Assembly: GCA_041288045.1 (NCBI GenBank) | Contig: JBGGMM010000051.1 | Location: forward strand, 1 to 49,379 | Reading direction: 5' to 3' | DNA: 49,379 bases | Source: Pseudobdellovibrionaceae bacterium | GTDB lineage: Bacteria; Bdellovibrionota; Bdellovibrionia; Bdellovibrionales; Bdellovibrionaceae | Shown: piece after piece, positions 37,048 to 47,409 of the stretch | How positions within the stretch are numbered: position 1 is the stretch's first letter | Layout: every line of letters begins with the position of its first letter | Made by a program: the position numbers and the translations under genes | The notes under the pieces: generated by a model | What the model saw: only the letters and a program-made list of their open reading frames with translations | Databases searched by the model: none | What the model was told of the DNA's origin: nothing

Positions 37048-37152
37048 GGGTGCCTTTCTCTTTTTCCTTCACCCAGCGCAGTAAGTGCGCAAAATCACAG
37101 TTTCAGCAAAAGTTTTTGCTGCAGCGGGTGAAGGAAAAAGAGAAAGGCACCC
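37048..37152. mobile_element. MITE/REP-like element with perfect 27-bp terminal inverted repeats
   Basis: GGGTGCCTTTCTCTTTTTCCTTCACCC (37048-37074) and its exact reverse complement (37126-37152); two small internal hairpins; one end recurs at 29812. Confidence 0.7.
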
Positions 37153-37160
37153 GTCTGCCG

Positions 37161-38564
37161 TCAGATTTGGCGGGCGCGTTTGTCGACGGCGAGTGCCGCT
37201 TCGCGGATGACTTCGTTCAATGTTGGATGAGCGTGAAAACTTCGGGCCAGATCTTCGGAGCTTCCACCGAATTCCATGGCAACGACAATTTCACCCAAGA
37301 GCTCGGAAGCTCGGGGACCAACAATGTGGCCACCGATGATGCGATCTGAGCGCTTGTCGGTGATGATTTTGACTTGGCCTTCAGTGAATCCCAAAGCACG
37401 GGCTCGTCCGTTCGCCATGAAAGGGAAAGAACCCACAGCGAAGGGGATTCCTGACTCTTTCACTTGCTCTTCTGTTAGACCAACAGAAGCGACTTCGGGA
37501 TAGGTGTAAATCACACTAGGAACAGTTTCATAATTGATGTGGCCGGCTTGGCCAGCTAGAATTTCAGCAAGAGCCACGCCTTCTTCTTCGGCTTTGTGGG
37601 CAAGCATCGGACCAGGGGTTAAATCACCAATGGCAAAAATGCCAGGGACATTGGTTTGAAAATGTTTGTCCACAGTGACAAAGCCGCGCTGATCTTTTTG
37701 CACACCAGCGCCTTCAAGTCCCAAGCCTTCTGAAAAAGGTTTGCGGCCTGTCGATACCAGCACAACGTCAGCTGTGATTTGCCCTTTGGAGTTGTCAGCC
37801 ATGTTTTCAAATTCAAGCTCGACTTGATCGCCCTTGGTTTTTGAAGCAGTGACTTTAGTTTTGAACAGGAACTTCATGCCTTGCTTGGTGAGGATCTTCT
37901 GTAGAGTCGCCATGGAGCTTGCATCCATCACGGGACACAAGCGATCCGCAAATTCGATCACTGTGACTTTGGATCCTAAGCGCATCCAAACAGAGCCAAG
38001 CTCAAGCCCAATCACTCCGCCGCCGACCACCACCATTTCCTTTGGAACTTTTTCGAGGGCCAAAGCGCCAGTGGAAGAAACGATTTTCTTTTCGTCGTAT
38101 TTTAAAAATGGCAGTTCAACCACAGTGCTGCCAGTGGCGAGCACGATGTTTTTTGTTTCCAGCTGAGTTTTCTGTCCGTCAGCTCCAGCAACTTCGACGA
38201 GACCTGGTTTCAGCACTTTTCCAAAACCATTGTAAGATTCGACTTTGTTTTTCTTAAACAGAAAGGCGATCCCCTGATTGCTTTGTGTGACGATTTTATC
38301 TTTTCTCGCCATCATTTTTTTCAAATCAAATTCGACGCTGCCGGTTTTAATCCCATGAGTTTCAAAATCATGAAGGCTGGCATGATAGAGCTCTGAGCTT
38401 TCCAAAAGAGCTTTTGAAGGAATGCATCCCACATTGGTGCAAGTTCCACCCAAGCCTTTGTCCTTTTCAACCACTGCGACTTTCAGACCCAACTGGGCGG
38501 CGCGAATGGCGCAGACATAACCACCGGGACCAGAACCAATCACAACCAAATCAAAAGATGCCAT
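37161..38564 (-). CDS. lpdA: Dihydrolipoamide dehydrogenase (E3)
   Basis: GSGPGGY, GGTCTNVGCIPSK, HAHPTLNE. Confidence 0.98.
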   Translation of the reverse strand: MASFDLVVIGSGPGGYVCAIRAAQLGLKVAVVEKDKGLGGTCTNVGCIPSKALLESSELYHASLHDFETHGIKTGSVEFDLKKMMARKDKIVTQSNQGIAFLFKKNKVESYNGFGKVLKPGLVEVAGADGQKTQLETKNIVLATGSTVVELPFLKYDEKKIVSSTGALALEKVPKEMVVVGGGVIGLELGSVWMRLGSKVTVIEFADRLCPVMDASSMATLQKILTKQGMKFLFKTKVTASKTKGDQVELEFENMADNSKGQITADVVLVSTGRKPFSEGLGLEGAGVQKDQRGFVTVDKHFQTNVPGIFAIGDLTPGPMLAHKAEEEGVALAEILAGQAGHINYETVPSVIYTYPEVASVGLTEEQVKESGIPFAVGSFPFMANGRARALGFTEGQVKIITDKRSDRIIGGHIVGPRASELLGEIVVAMEFGGSSEDLARSFHAHPTLNEVIREAALAVDKRARQI

Positions 38565-38573
38565 AAATTCTCC

Positions 38574-39833
38574 TCAAATCTCTAGAACCAAGCGCTCAGG
38601 ATCCTCAACACACTCTTTGATGCGAACGAGAAAGCTCACAGCCTCTTTGCCATCGACAATGCGATGATCGTAAGACAGGGCCAAGTACATCATCGGACGA
38701 ATCTCGACTTTGCCATTGATGGCCACAGGCCGGTCTTCCACTTTGTGCATTCCAAGAATCGCTACTTGTGGTGGAGTCAAAATCGGTGTCGACATCAAAG
38801 AGCCAAACACGCCGCCATTGGAAATGGTGAAAGTGCCGCCACTCAAATCATCAATCGAAATTTTTCCATCACGAGCTTTGAGAGCGAAATTTTTAATCGC
38901 CAATTCGACACCGGCGACGGTCAATTGATCAGAGTCCTTGATAACAGGAACAATCAATCCCTTTTCAGTGCCGACAGCCACGCCAATGTTGTAAAAGTTT
39001 TTGTAAACAATGTCGTTGCCATCAATCGATGCATTGATCGCTGGCCAATCTTTCAAAGCTTCAATCGCAGCTTTCACAAAGATGCCCATAAAGCCAAGGC
39101 TTGTGCCGTATTTCTCTTTGAATTTGTCTTTGTATTTGTTTCGAAGTTCCATCGCTTTGGACATGTCCACTTCGTTAAAAGTGGTCAAAATCGCAGCTGT
39201 GTTCTGAGCTTGCTTCAATCGCTCCGCAGTCTTTTTGCGAATTGTTGTCATTGCCACGCGCTTTTCATCGCCTTGTTTGGAAGGCCCACGAAGTGCCGGA
39301 GCTTGAACGGGAGCTTTGGACTCTTTCGCCGGAGCGGGTGCAGAAGCGCTCATCACATCCGCTTTGGTCAAGCGACCATCGCGACCCGTGCCTTGAACTG
39401 AAGATGGATCGATTCCTCGTTCTGCTGTGATTTTGGCAACTGCAGGGGAGAGATGATTTTTCAAATCAGGATGCAGGCTTCCTTGAGAAGCCCGAGCTTC
39501 GACAGATGGTGAAGGCGCTGGAGCGGGTCCTGATTTCTCAGAGGACTTGCTGGCACCCGCTGGAGCGGATGCTGTCGCTGAAGCCACTGAAGCTTTTCCT
39601 TCAGAATCAATCACTGCCACCACAGAGCCGATCGGGATTGTTTGACCTGCTTCGGTTTTGATTTGCAGAACGCCGTCTTGTTCGGCAACGACTTCGACGC
39701 TGGCTTTGTCTGTTTCCAGCAGCATCAAAACATCGTTTCGTTTCACGGTTTCACCGTTTTGTTTCATCCAAGAGCCAATGGTGGCCTCTGTGATGGATTC
39801 TCCGACTGCTGGGACTTTGACGTCGTACTTCAT
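38574..39833 (-). CDS. sucB: 2-oxoglutarate dehydrogenase E2 (succinyltransferase)
   Basis: Lipoyl motif [22 protein letters not shown]. Confidence 0.97.
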   Translation of the reverse strand: MKYDVKVPAVGESITEATIGSWMKQNGETVKRNDVLMLLETDKASVEVVAEQDGVLQIKTEAGQTIPIGSVVAVIDSEGKASVASATASAPAGASKSSEKSGPAPAPSPSVEARASQGSLHPDLKNHLSPAVAKITAERGIDPSSVQGTGRDGRLTKADVMSASAPAPAKESKAPVQAPALRGPSKQGDEKRVAMTTIRKKTAERLKQAQNTAAILTTFNEVDMSKAMELRNKYKDKFKEKYGTSLGFMGIFVKAAIEALKDWPAINASIDGNDIVYKNFYNIGVAVGTEKGLIVPVIKDSDQLTVAGVELAIKNFALKARDGKISIDDLSGGTFTISNGGVFGSLMSTPILTPPQVAILGMHKVEDRPVAINGKVEIRPMMYLALSYDHRIVDGKEAVSFLVRIKECVEDPERLVLEI

Positions 39834-39860
39834 AGGGGGTCCTCTCTCTTTAACTCTTAT

Positions 39861-42590
39861 TTAGACTTTCAAACAATTCTGAACAAGTTCGGCCTGTTCC
39901 ACTTTGTGGCGATACACAGATCCCGTCGCTGGCGAAGATTTGTCAGGACGTCCTACATATTGCAAATTCAATTTCAAGCCTTCGCTTGCAATCAAATCAC
40001 TCAAGCGGAAATAAATATGTCCCCAAGCACCCATATTGCGGGGCTCTTCCTGGCACCAAACCACATTCTTCAATTTTGGATAGCTCTTCAAAACTGCAGC
40101 GATCATTTTCGCTGGAGTCGGATAAATCTGCTCGACACGAACAAGCGCTGTGCGTTCGTTCTTCTGTTTGTCTCGCTCTTCCAAAAGATCGTAATAAACC
40201 TTGCCTGAGCAAAGAACCACAGTTTCGACTTTTTTAGGATCTTGCAAAGCCGTGTCTGGGATCACTTCTTGAAAAGTGCCCTTGGCCAAATCTTCCAATG
40301 TTGAAACCGCTTTCGGATGACGAAGCAGAGATTTTGGCGACATCACAATCAAAGGCTTTCGGAATTGGCGCTTCATCTGGCGGCGAAGTGCATGATAGAT
40401 TTGCGCTGGAGTCGTCATATTGCAGACCTGCATATTGTTCTGAGCGCAAAGTTGCAAGAATCGCTCAAGGCGAGCGCTTGAGTGTTCGGGTCCCTGGCCT
40501 TCGTAGCCATGCGGAAGAAGCAACACAAGTCCGCACATTTGCTGCCACTTGGCTTCACCGGCACTCAAGAACTGATCGATGATAATCTGGGCGCCATTGA
40601 CGAAATCGCCGAACTGAGCTTCCCACATGGTGAGGAATGTCGGATCCGAAATCGCATTGCCGTACTCAAAGCCCATCACGCCATATTCTGACAAAATGGA
40701 ATCATAAACGCAGAATTCAACTTTATCACCGTTGATCTGATCCAAAGCCACATACTGCTCGCCAGTTTTCACATCATACAATCCAGCATGACGGTGAGTG
40801 AAAGTCCCGCGCACACAGTCTTGGCCAGTCAATCGCACTGAGGTGCCTTCAGACAACAGAGAGCCGTAAGCGAGAAGCTCGCCCATACCCCAATCAATGG
40901 GCTCTTTGCCCTCAGCCATGTTTCGTCGAGTCTCCAAGAGCTTCATCAATTTCGGATGCGGAGAAAATCCCGCCGGCACTTCGCTTAAAAGTTTTCCAAC
41001 AGATTTCAAAACTGAAAGGTCTACAGTCGTATCTGTCGGAGTCTCAAAGTCCGAAGATTTACCTTTGCGAAGGCCTTTCCAGAATCCATCAAATTTCACT
41101 GGCTGAATTTTAGGCGGATTGGTCTTGGTGTGCTCATAAATTTTCTGAAGATTGTCGATCTTTTCATTGAAGAGTCCATCATAGTGAGCTTGATCGATCA
41201 CTCCCTCGCGAATCAGCTGCTTTCCGTAAATCTCACGAGGGGTCGGGTGCTTTTTGATGATGTCATACATGAGGGGCTGAGTGTAAGCCGGCTCATCGCC
41301 TTCGTTGTGACCAAAGCGTCGATAGCAGACGATATTGATGACCACATCGCGGCTCCACTCCTGACGGTAGCGAAGCGCAATGTCCATGGCGCGAATGCAG
41401 GATTCGACATCATCGCCGTTCACATGCAGAACTGGAGTGGCAATTACTTTGGAAACATCCGAGCAGTAATGAGAGCTTCGGCCATTTTCCGGATTGGTGG
41501 TAAAGCCGACCTGATTATCAATGGCAATGTGAATCGTTCCACCGACAGTGTAACCTTTCACGTAAGCCATTTGAAAAGTTTCAGCGACAACCCCTTGACC
41601 AGCAAAGGCCGCATCTCCGTGAATCAAAACCGGGATGACTTTCTTGCGTTGTTTGGTGTCTTTGCGACGGCGTTGAGCGGCCCGAGCCATTCCAAGCACC
41701 ACTGGATTCACAGCTTCCAAATGAGACGGGTTGAAAGCCAAAGTCACTTGGCAGTTTCCATTTTCAGTTGTTTTGTCGGATTTGTAACCGAGATGATATT
41801 TCACGTCGCCATCGAAATCATCAATCGGCTCAGCAGTTTCTGTTGGGCCATTGAAATCAGCAAAAATATATTCGAGAGCTTTCCCCATAAAGTTCGCAAG
41901 CACATTCACGCGGCCTCGGTGAGCCATTCCGATCACAACCTCTTCAACTCCGCGACCAGTGCCACGAGAAACCAAGGCTTCCAGCATCGGCAAGAGAGAG
42001 TCTCCACCTTCAACTGAGAAACGTTTCGTTCCGACGTATCGAGTGTGAATGAATTTTTCCAAGCTCTCAGCGCGAGTCAGTGAATGAAAAGCATCTTTTT
42101 TTTCTTGAGGCGAAAGTTTGAGCTGAGATTGTTTCTGTTCAAATTCTTTGATGAACCAATTGCGAACTTCGGGCAGGGCTTCGGCCACCTGCACAGTGAG
42201 CTTTCCACAATAGCAAGCGCGCAGATGTTGAATGATTTCTCGCAAAGTCGCCTGGGGCTTGCCAATGATCTGACCAATTTGAAATTTTTTATCCAGATCC
42301 GCTTCGCTCAGATTGAAGCGCTTCATTGTCAATTGATCCGAAGGTGCCGGCGTGTTGGTGAGGGGGTCCAAATCCGCTTCAAAGTGACCGTAATCACGAT
42401 AAGCAGTGATCAAGTGATAAACATCCAATTCTTTTTCTGACAGACCAAGGCTTCCATCTTGAGCGAACTCAACACCTTCGAAAAATCGTTTCCAATCCGG
42501 GGTGACAGAGTTCGGGTCTGTTTTGTACTGATGATAGAGTTGTTCAATGTATTCCAAATTGCCCATTTGCGCGTAAGAGCTGGTCGCCAT
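39861..42590 (-). CDS. sucA: 2-oxoglutarate dehydrogenase E1
   Basis: GMAHRGRVN, GDVKYHLG, HGDAAFAGQG, PHGYEGQGPEHSS. Confidence 0.98.
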   Translation of the reverse strand: MATSSYAQMGNLEYIEQLYHQYKTDPNSVTPDWKRFFEGVEFAQDGSLGLSEKELDVYHLITAYRDYGHFEADLDPLTNTPAPSDQLTMKRFNLSEADLDKKFQIGQIIGKPQATLREIIQHLRACYCGKLTVQVAEALPEVRNWFIKEFEQKQSQLKLSPQEKKDAFHSLTRAESLEKFIHTRYVGTKRFSVEGGDSLLPMLEALVSRGTGRGVEEVVIGMAHRGRVNVLANFMGKALEYIFADFNGPTETAEPIDDFDGDVKYHLGYKSDKTTENGNCQVTLAFNPSHLEAVNPVVLGMARAAQRRRKDTKQRKKVIPVLIHGDAAFAGQGVVAETFQMAYVKGYTVGGTIHIAIDNQVGFTTNPENGRSSHYCSDVSKVIATPVLHVNGDDVESCIRAMDIALRYRQEWSRDVVINIVCYRRFGHNEGDEPAYTQPLMYDIIKKHPTPREIYGKQLIREGVIDQAHYDGLFNEKIDNLQKIYEHTKTNPPKIQPVKFDGFWKGLRKGKSSDFETPTDTTVDLSVLKSVGKLLSEVPAGFSPHPKLMKLLETRRNMAEGKEPIDWGMGELLAYGSLLSEGTSVRLTGQDCVRGTFTHRHAGLYDVKTGEQYVALDQINGDKVEFCVYDSILSEYGVMGFEYGNAISDPTFLTMWEAQFGDFVNGAQIIIDQFLSAGEAKWQQMCGLVLLLPHGYEGQGPEHSSARLERFLQLCAQNNMQVCNMTTPAQIYHALRRQMKRQFRKPLIVMSPKSLLRHPKAVSTLEDLAKGTFQEVIPDTALQDPKKVETVVLCSGKVYYDLLEERDKQKNERTALVRVEQIYPTPAKMIAAVLKSYPKLKNVVWCQEEPRNMGAWGHIYFRLSDLIASEGLKLNLQYVGRPDKSSPATGSVYRHKVEQAELVQNCLKV

Positions 42591-42690
42591 GATGTTCCTT
42601 CCATGCCGTATGCCGGAATTTTTTGAGTGATCAAAAGAACAACTTATGTTAGCAATTTTCAAGCACTTTTTGAACTGTTAAGGAGTCTGG

Positions 42691-43449
42691 ATGAAGCTCG
42701 TTCTTATCCGCCACGGCGAAAGTACCTGGAACAAAGAAAATCGATTCACAGGATGGCAAGACGTTGATCTTTCAGAGAAAGGTCGAGCAGAAGCTCAAGT
42801 GGCTGGAAAGACACTCAAGAAACTGTACGAGGACACGGGTCATGACTTTGATTTGGCCTATTCCTCAGTTTTGAAACGGGCCATTCGAACTCTTTGGATT
42901 GCTTTGGATGAAATGGACCGACTTTGGTTGCCTGTCAAAAGGGACTGGCGCCTGAACGAAAGGCACTATGGGGCGCTCACCGGACTGGACAAGGCCGAGA
43001 CTGCAGCTCGTCATGGAGAGGAGCAGGTGAAAGTCTGGAGACGCAGTTATGACACTCCACCTCCAGCCATGGAATGGGATGATCCCAGACACCCTCGTTT
43101 TGACCTGCGTTACAAACAGGTGGATCCCAAAAAACTACCGGCTTGCGAATCTTTAAAGGACACAGTCGCAAGATTTTTGCCGCTTTGGAAAGAAGAAATC
43201 GGACCCGCCATTCAAGCTGGTCAGAAAATTCTGGTTGCTGCTCACGGAAACTCCATTCGCGCTTTGATTCAACATTTAGAGAAGCTCACACCAGAGCAGA
43301 TCATGGAAGTGAATGTGCCAACCGGCATACCTTTGATGTACGAATTGGATTCAAAACTGGAAGTGCAAAGCAAAGAATATTTAGGCGATCCAGAAGTGGT
43401 GAAGGCGGCAATGGAAACAGTTGCCAACCAGGGGAAAGCCAAGAAATAA
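42691..43449 (+). CDS. gpmA: 2,3-BPG-dependent phosphoglycerate mutase
   Basis: [25 protein letters not shown]. Confidence 0.98.
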   Translation: MKLVLIRHGESTWNKENRFTGWQDVDLSEKGRAEAQVAGKTLKKLYEDTGHDFDLAYSSVLKRAIRTLWIALDEMDRLWLPVKRDWRLNERHYGALTGLDKAETAARHGEEQVKVWRRSYDTPPPAMEWDDPRHPRFDLRYKQVDPKKLPACESLKDTVARFLPLWKEEIGPAIQAGQKILVAAHGNSIRALIQHLEKLTPEQIMEVNVPTGIPLMYELDSKLEVQSKEYLGDPEVVKAAMETVANQGKAKK

Positions 43450-43456
43450 TCCTTGC

Positions 43457-43726
43457 ATGCTTCCAAATCCAGAAATCGATAAGCTCATTCAGATCGCTGA
43501 AGATACAGCCCTTCTGTACATGCAAAAAGATTCGCTCTCTGTGGATGAAGAAGTTCAGCTTCTGGCGTCTGCCTATGCCATTCTTTTTCTCAAAGCTGTG
43601 GATCATTCTTCAACAATCGATCTTTCCAAAGCGCATGGATTTTTGAATCAGTGTTTTCAAAAAGTGGGGGACACCCAATTTTCTCGCAAACATCGAGTGA
43701 TGGAAGAAGCCTACAGAAAAATTTAA
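43457..43726 (+). CDS. Small hypothetical protein
   Basis: Fills the gap between gpmA and the GST gene with tight spacing; protein-like composition. Confidence 0.6.
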   Translation: MLPNPEIDKLIQIAEDTALLYMQKDSLSVDEEVQLLASAYAILFLKAVDHSSTIDLSKAHGFLNQCFQKVGDTQFSRKHRVMEEAYRKI

Positions 43727-43728
43727 AA

Positions 43729-44352
43729 ATGAAGTTAATTATCGGCGATAAAAATCTCTCCAGTTGGTCTTTGCGTCCTTGGCTTGTTTTGAAGGCCTTT
43801 CAAATTCCCTTCGAGGAAATCAAAATCTGGTTGGATCAACCAACAACAAAAGCGGAGATTGAAAAGTACTCTCCCTCTGGGAAAGTGCCTTGCTTGATTG
43901 ATGGAAATCTTGTGCTTCCAGAGTCTCTGGCGATCTGTGAGTATTTGAATGATCGATTTTCAGAGAAAAACATGTGGCCAGCTGACATCAAGAAAAGAGC
44001 TTGGGCTAGATCCATCAGTCATGAAATGCATGGTGGATTTCAAATTTTAAGAAGCCATATGCCTCATCATGTGAAAGAGCGTTTTCCAGGATTTGATCTC
44101 AGCAAAGCCAAAGACGATATTGCACGAATCGAAAGAATTTGGACCGAATGCCGAGAAAGCCATCGCTCACAAGGGCGCTATCTTTTCGGCGAATTCTCTA
44201 TTGCTGATGCGATGTTTGCACCTGTGGTGAACCGCTTTCGCGCTTATGATGTCAAAGGTTCTCCGTGGACCAAAGAGTACATGAACACAATGCTCAAACA
44301 TCCGGCCATGCTCGAGTGGGAGCAAGAGGCACTCAAAGAAATTCGTCCTTAG
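43729..44352 (+). CDS. Glutathione S-transferase family protein
   Basis: KNLSSWSLRPWL, SPSGKVP, ESLAICEYL, FSIADAMFAPV. Confidence 0.95.
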   Translation: MKLIIGDKNLSSWSLRPWLVLKAFQIPFEEIKIWLDQPTTKAEIEKYSPSGKVPCLIDGNLVLPESLAICEYLNDRFSEKNMWPADIKKRAWARSISHEMHGGFQILRSHMPHHVKERFPGFDLSKAKDDIARIERIWTECRESHRSQGRYLFGEFSIADAMFAPVVNRFRAYDVKGSPWTKEYMNTMLKHPAMLEWEQEALKEIRP

Positions 44353-44476
44353 TTCCACGACGCAGGTCCAGCGTTTTGCTCTCAAGAACAAATGATCACC
44401 GAAGGAAAAATCCGTTTTGATTTCAAGGTGAGCATTCGTCAATTCAAATGATAGAATCAGCACGAGGAGATCAGAC

Positions 44477-45937
44477 ATGAAAAGATTTCGATTCGATGTT
44501 TTCCGCTTTGTGGGAAGCTGGATCCTTGTGATTGCCGTCTTAGGATGTCAAAAATCCGCAACTGATGAAGGTGAAATCCAATTGCCTGGTGATACTCCAG
44601 ACCCCACCGTGCAAGCGGCTGGTCCCTTTTCAATTCTCAATGCGGTCGAAGGCGATCAAGAAGTCACTTTGACCTGGGAAGCTTCCGCCAACGCCTCAAC
44701 GTACACAGTTCATTACGGAACCAGCTCAGGTTTTTATCCAACAATCTTTTCAAGCTCAGCAACCAGTCCCACCACAGTGACGGGTCTGACAAATGGGACT
44801 GTTTATTATTTTATGGTGACGGCCGTGAATGAGCAGGGAACTGTTCCAGCTTCGACCGAATTTGTGCGAATGCCGGGACCTCCAACTTTGTCGGATCTAG
44901 GAGATGTCTTTTCAATGACAAAAGCAACGGCTTGGAGTTTGGCTCTTCCCTTTCAGTTGGGCGGTGATCCCAATCTAGCTTGCACAGAAAATGTCACGGC
45001 CGCGTCCTCGGATGTCGCCGTTCTTCCGGCATCTGGAATTTCAATCACAGGGACATATCCCAATTGCTCTCTCAATTTGAATTTTGCAGCTTCGGTCACC
45101 GGATCAACCATCCTCACCCTGACAGCGACTCGTGGACAAATGACCGCGACTCAGACTTTTTCTGTGCAATTGGTTCCGCTAGCGGCAGGAGTCTACTCTT
45201 TGCGAAAATTGGTGTTAAGTTCCGTTGCGAAAGCCATTCAGGTGCGAAGAGCTTCTGATAACACTTTAAAGGACATTGGCTTTTCAGCGACAGGAGGGCT
45301 GGATGTTTCTGATCTCTCTAGTTTTTGTGCGGCGACCAGCTGTTTTGTCAGAACTTGGTATGATCAAAGTGGCAATGGCAAAAATGCAGTGCAAACTGCA
45401 GCCGCCAATCAGGCTCGCATTGTCAATGCCGGTGTTGTGGATTTGAAAAATTCAAAGCCAGCTCTGATCTTTGATTCCAATGATTATTACACTTTATCTA
45501 ATGCCATTGCCAAAGCAGCTGGGATGAGTTCAGTCTCAGTGGCTGAACGAACATCCAATGCCAGCATTCGCACTATTTTCAGTGGTGCTGCTGGCTCTTT
45601 TCAATTTCGTTACAACAATGCTCATAAACTGAATTTACTGCGAACCAATCAAGTCAGTTTGCTTTTGGCTTCTGCTGTTTCACCTTTAGGACTGAATGTG
45701 ATATCGACGACCACGATTGCCGGAAATTCCATGGTGGCGACAAATGGTGTGGGAATATCCAACACGACTTCTCCGGGGTTTACGAGTGGAATCACGACGA
45801 TCGGAAGAAATGGCTCCAATCTGGGCGAGAATTTTATTGGCGGACTTTCTGAAGTGACGATTTTTTCCATTGTGCTACCTCCAGTTCACAGACAGGCCCT
45901 GGAGGCCAATCAAAAAACTTTCTACTCAACGCCTTAA
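44477..45937 (+). CDS. Lipoprotein with FN3, Ig-like and arabinofuranosidase-B-catalytic/LamG-like domains
   Basis: AGGAG RBS; lipobox VLGC; FN3 GDQEVTLTW...GLTNGTVYYF; YSLRKL...VRRASDN...WYDQSGNG. Confidence 0.8.
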   Translation: MKRFRFDVFRFVGSWILVIAVLGCQKSATDEGEIQLPGDTPDPTVQAAGPFSILNAVEGDQEVTLTWEASANASTYTVHYGTSSGFYPTIFSSSATSPTTVTGLTNGTVYYFMVTAVNEQGTVPASTEFVRMPGPPTLSDLGDVFSMTKATAWSLALPFQLGGDPNLACTENVTAASSDVAVLPASGISITGTYPNCSLNLNFAASVTGSTILTLTATRGQMTATQTFSVQLVPLAAGVYSLRKLVLSSVAKAIQVRRASDNTLKDIGFSATGGLDVSDLSSFCAATSCFVRTWYDQSGNGKNAVQTAAANQARIVNAGVVDLKNSKPALIFDSNDYYTLSNAIAKAAGMSSVSVAERTSNASIRTIFSGAAGSFQFRYNNAHKLNLLRTNQVSLLLASAVSPLGLNVISTTTIAGNSMVATNGVGISNTTSPGFTSGITTIGRNGSNLGENFIGGLSEVTIFSIVLPPVHRQALEANQKTFYSTP

Positions 45938-47394
45938 GATTTTCTGGAGACTCGTTTGCCAGGTCTCCACTTTTTCAAAGTCTGCGGTAACATCTGCAAA
46001 AGATCTTGGGGAGTGAGGCTTAAGATGTCTTTTCCATCTCTCAACCATTGATCCGCCATCCAGCCGTGGAGAGCGGCGGCCAGCAAGGGTGCCTTTTGCA
46101 GGGGAACGCCTTGGCTGAGAAAGCCAGCGATCATTCCAGCGAGGACATCTCCGGATCCCCCTTTGCCAAGGGCTGCATTTCCAAAAGGGATAATGACGGT
46201 CACTTGTGGAAATGCCACGACAGTGTGAAAGCCCTTCAGTAAAAAAATGCCACCCCACTTTTGTTGCGCTTTTCGAGCTGCGCTTAAACGATCGGCTTCA
46301 ATTTCGGAAGCCGTGATCTGCAAAAGTCTTGAAAGTTCCCCTGCATGAGGCGTTGCGATCCAGTTTGTGGGAAAGGGAGAAAATTTTTTTTGTGCAGCCA
46401 CGGTCAGGGCATCGGCGTCGATGACAACAGGTGGTGGCTGTTTGGAAAGTTTCTGAATCCATTGAAATGTTTTGGGGCCAGCTCCAAGACCTGGCCCGAC
46501 GAGAATCGAGGACATTTTCGCTAGCGAATTCTTGGTCAGTGAAAAAGGAATCACTTCTGGGCGAAAGGGGATGATTTCTTTTTCCGTGCAATAGACATAA
46601 CCGCTGCCCACACGGGCGGCCGCTTCGCATGCCAAGAGGGCGGCCCCTGGCATGCCGGGACTGCCAGCGCAAATCAAAGTCTTTCCACCTTTGGTTTTAT
46701 TGTCGGTGCTGGATCGAGTGGGAATCCATTTTCGAATCAGTGCTGGAGTCAGAAGAAATGTGCTTTTGGCCACTCGTTTGGAAATTTCATTTGGAAAGCC
46801 AGCATCGACAATTTTGATTTTGCCACAGGCCCTGGGTCCTTCATTGAAATAAAAGCCAGGCTTGGGGCGCCCCACGGTCAAAGTGAAATCAGCTTGAAAT
46901 GAAATTTTCAGAACATTTCCTGTATCAGCTTCTAATCCAGAGGGAAGATCCAAAGCGATTTTGATTCCCTTCAACCGATTGACGGCTTGGATGAGAGAAA
47001 AGGCAACTCCGTCAATGTCTCGGCTCAGTCCAATTCCAAAAAGGCCATCAATCCAGAGATCGCAAGGCTTTGGATTCTTCAGAAAATTTTCGGCATTAAG
47101 AATTTCGCCGGAAAACTCGGATCTCTTTTTTGCACGAAGCTCTGAAGAGCTCGAAATTTCAACGACCTGAACTTCCAGTCCCAGCTTGAGGAGCTCCCGG
47201 GCCACAACAAACCCATCGCCACCATTGTTGCCGGGGCCGCAGAGAACCCTGGCTGTCTTTGCCAATGGGGCCAAACCAAAAATTTGACCGGCCATATTTT
47301 GACCCGCTGTCTCCATCAGCGACTCAGCGCTGAGTCCCGATTGAATGCTGAGCTCATCAATTTGTTTTGCTTCTTGTCTGGTCCATAGCCACAT
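45934..47394 (-). CDS. nnr: Bifunctional NAD(P)H-hydrate epimerase/dehydratase
   Basis: LMETAG, GPGNNGGDG, DLPSG; GPGLG, DADAL, TPHAGE, GSGDVLAG. Confidence 0.95.
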   Translation of the reverse strand: MWLWTRQEAKQIDELSIQSGLSAESLMETAGQNMAGQIFGLAPLAKTARVLCGPGNNGGDGFVVARELLKLGLEVQVVEISSSSELRAKKRSEFSGEILNAENFLKNPKPCDLWIDGLFGIGLSRDIDGVAFSLIQAVNRLKGIKIALDLPSGLEADTGNVLKISFQADFTLTVGRPKPGFYFNEGPRACGKIKIVDAGFPNEISKRVAKSTFLLTPALIRKWIPTRSSTDNKTKGGKTLICAGSPGMPGAALLACEAAARVGSGYVYCTEKEIIPFRPEVIPFSLTKNSLAKMSSILVGPGLGAGPKTFQWIQKLSKQPPPVVIDADALTVAAQKKFSPFPTNWIATPHAGELSRLLQITASEIEADRLSAARKAQQKWGGIFLLKGFHTVVAFPQVTVIIPFGNAALGKGGSGDVLAGMIAGFLSQGVPLQKAPLLAAALHGWMADQWLRDGKDILSLTPQDLLQMLPQTLKKWRPGKRVSRKS

Positions 47395-47409
47395 AGGATG
47401 ATGTTAGGC

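Noticed and set aside
34147..42017. Long antisense ORFs (34147-34989, 38664-39401, 41130-42017)
   Set aside because: Antisense shadows of hutU, sucB and sucA with no recognisable motifs
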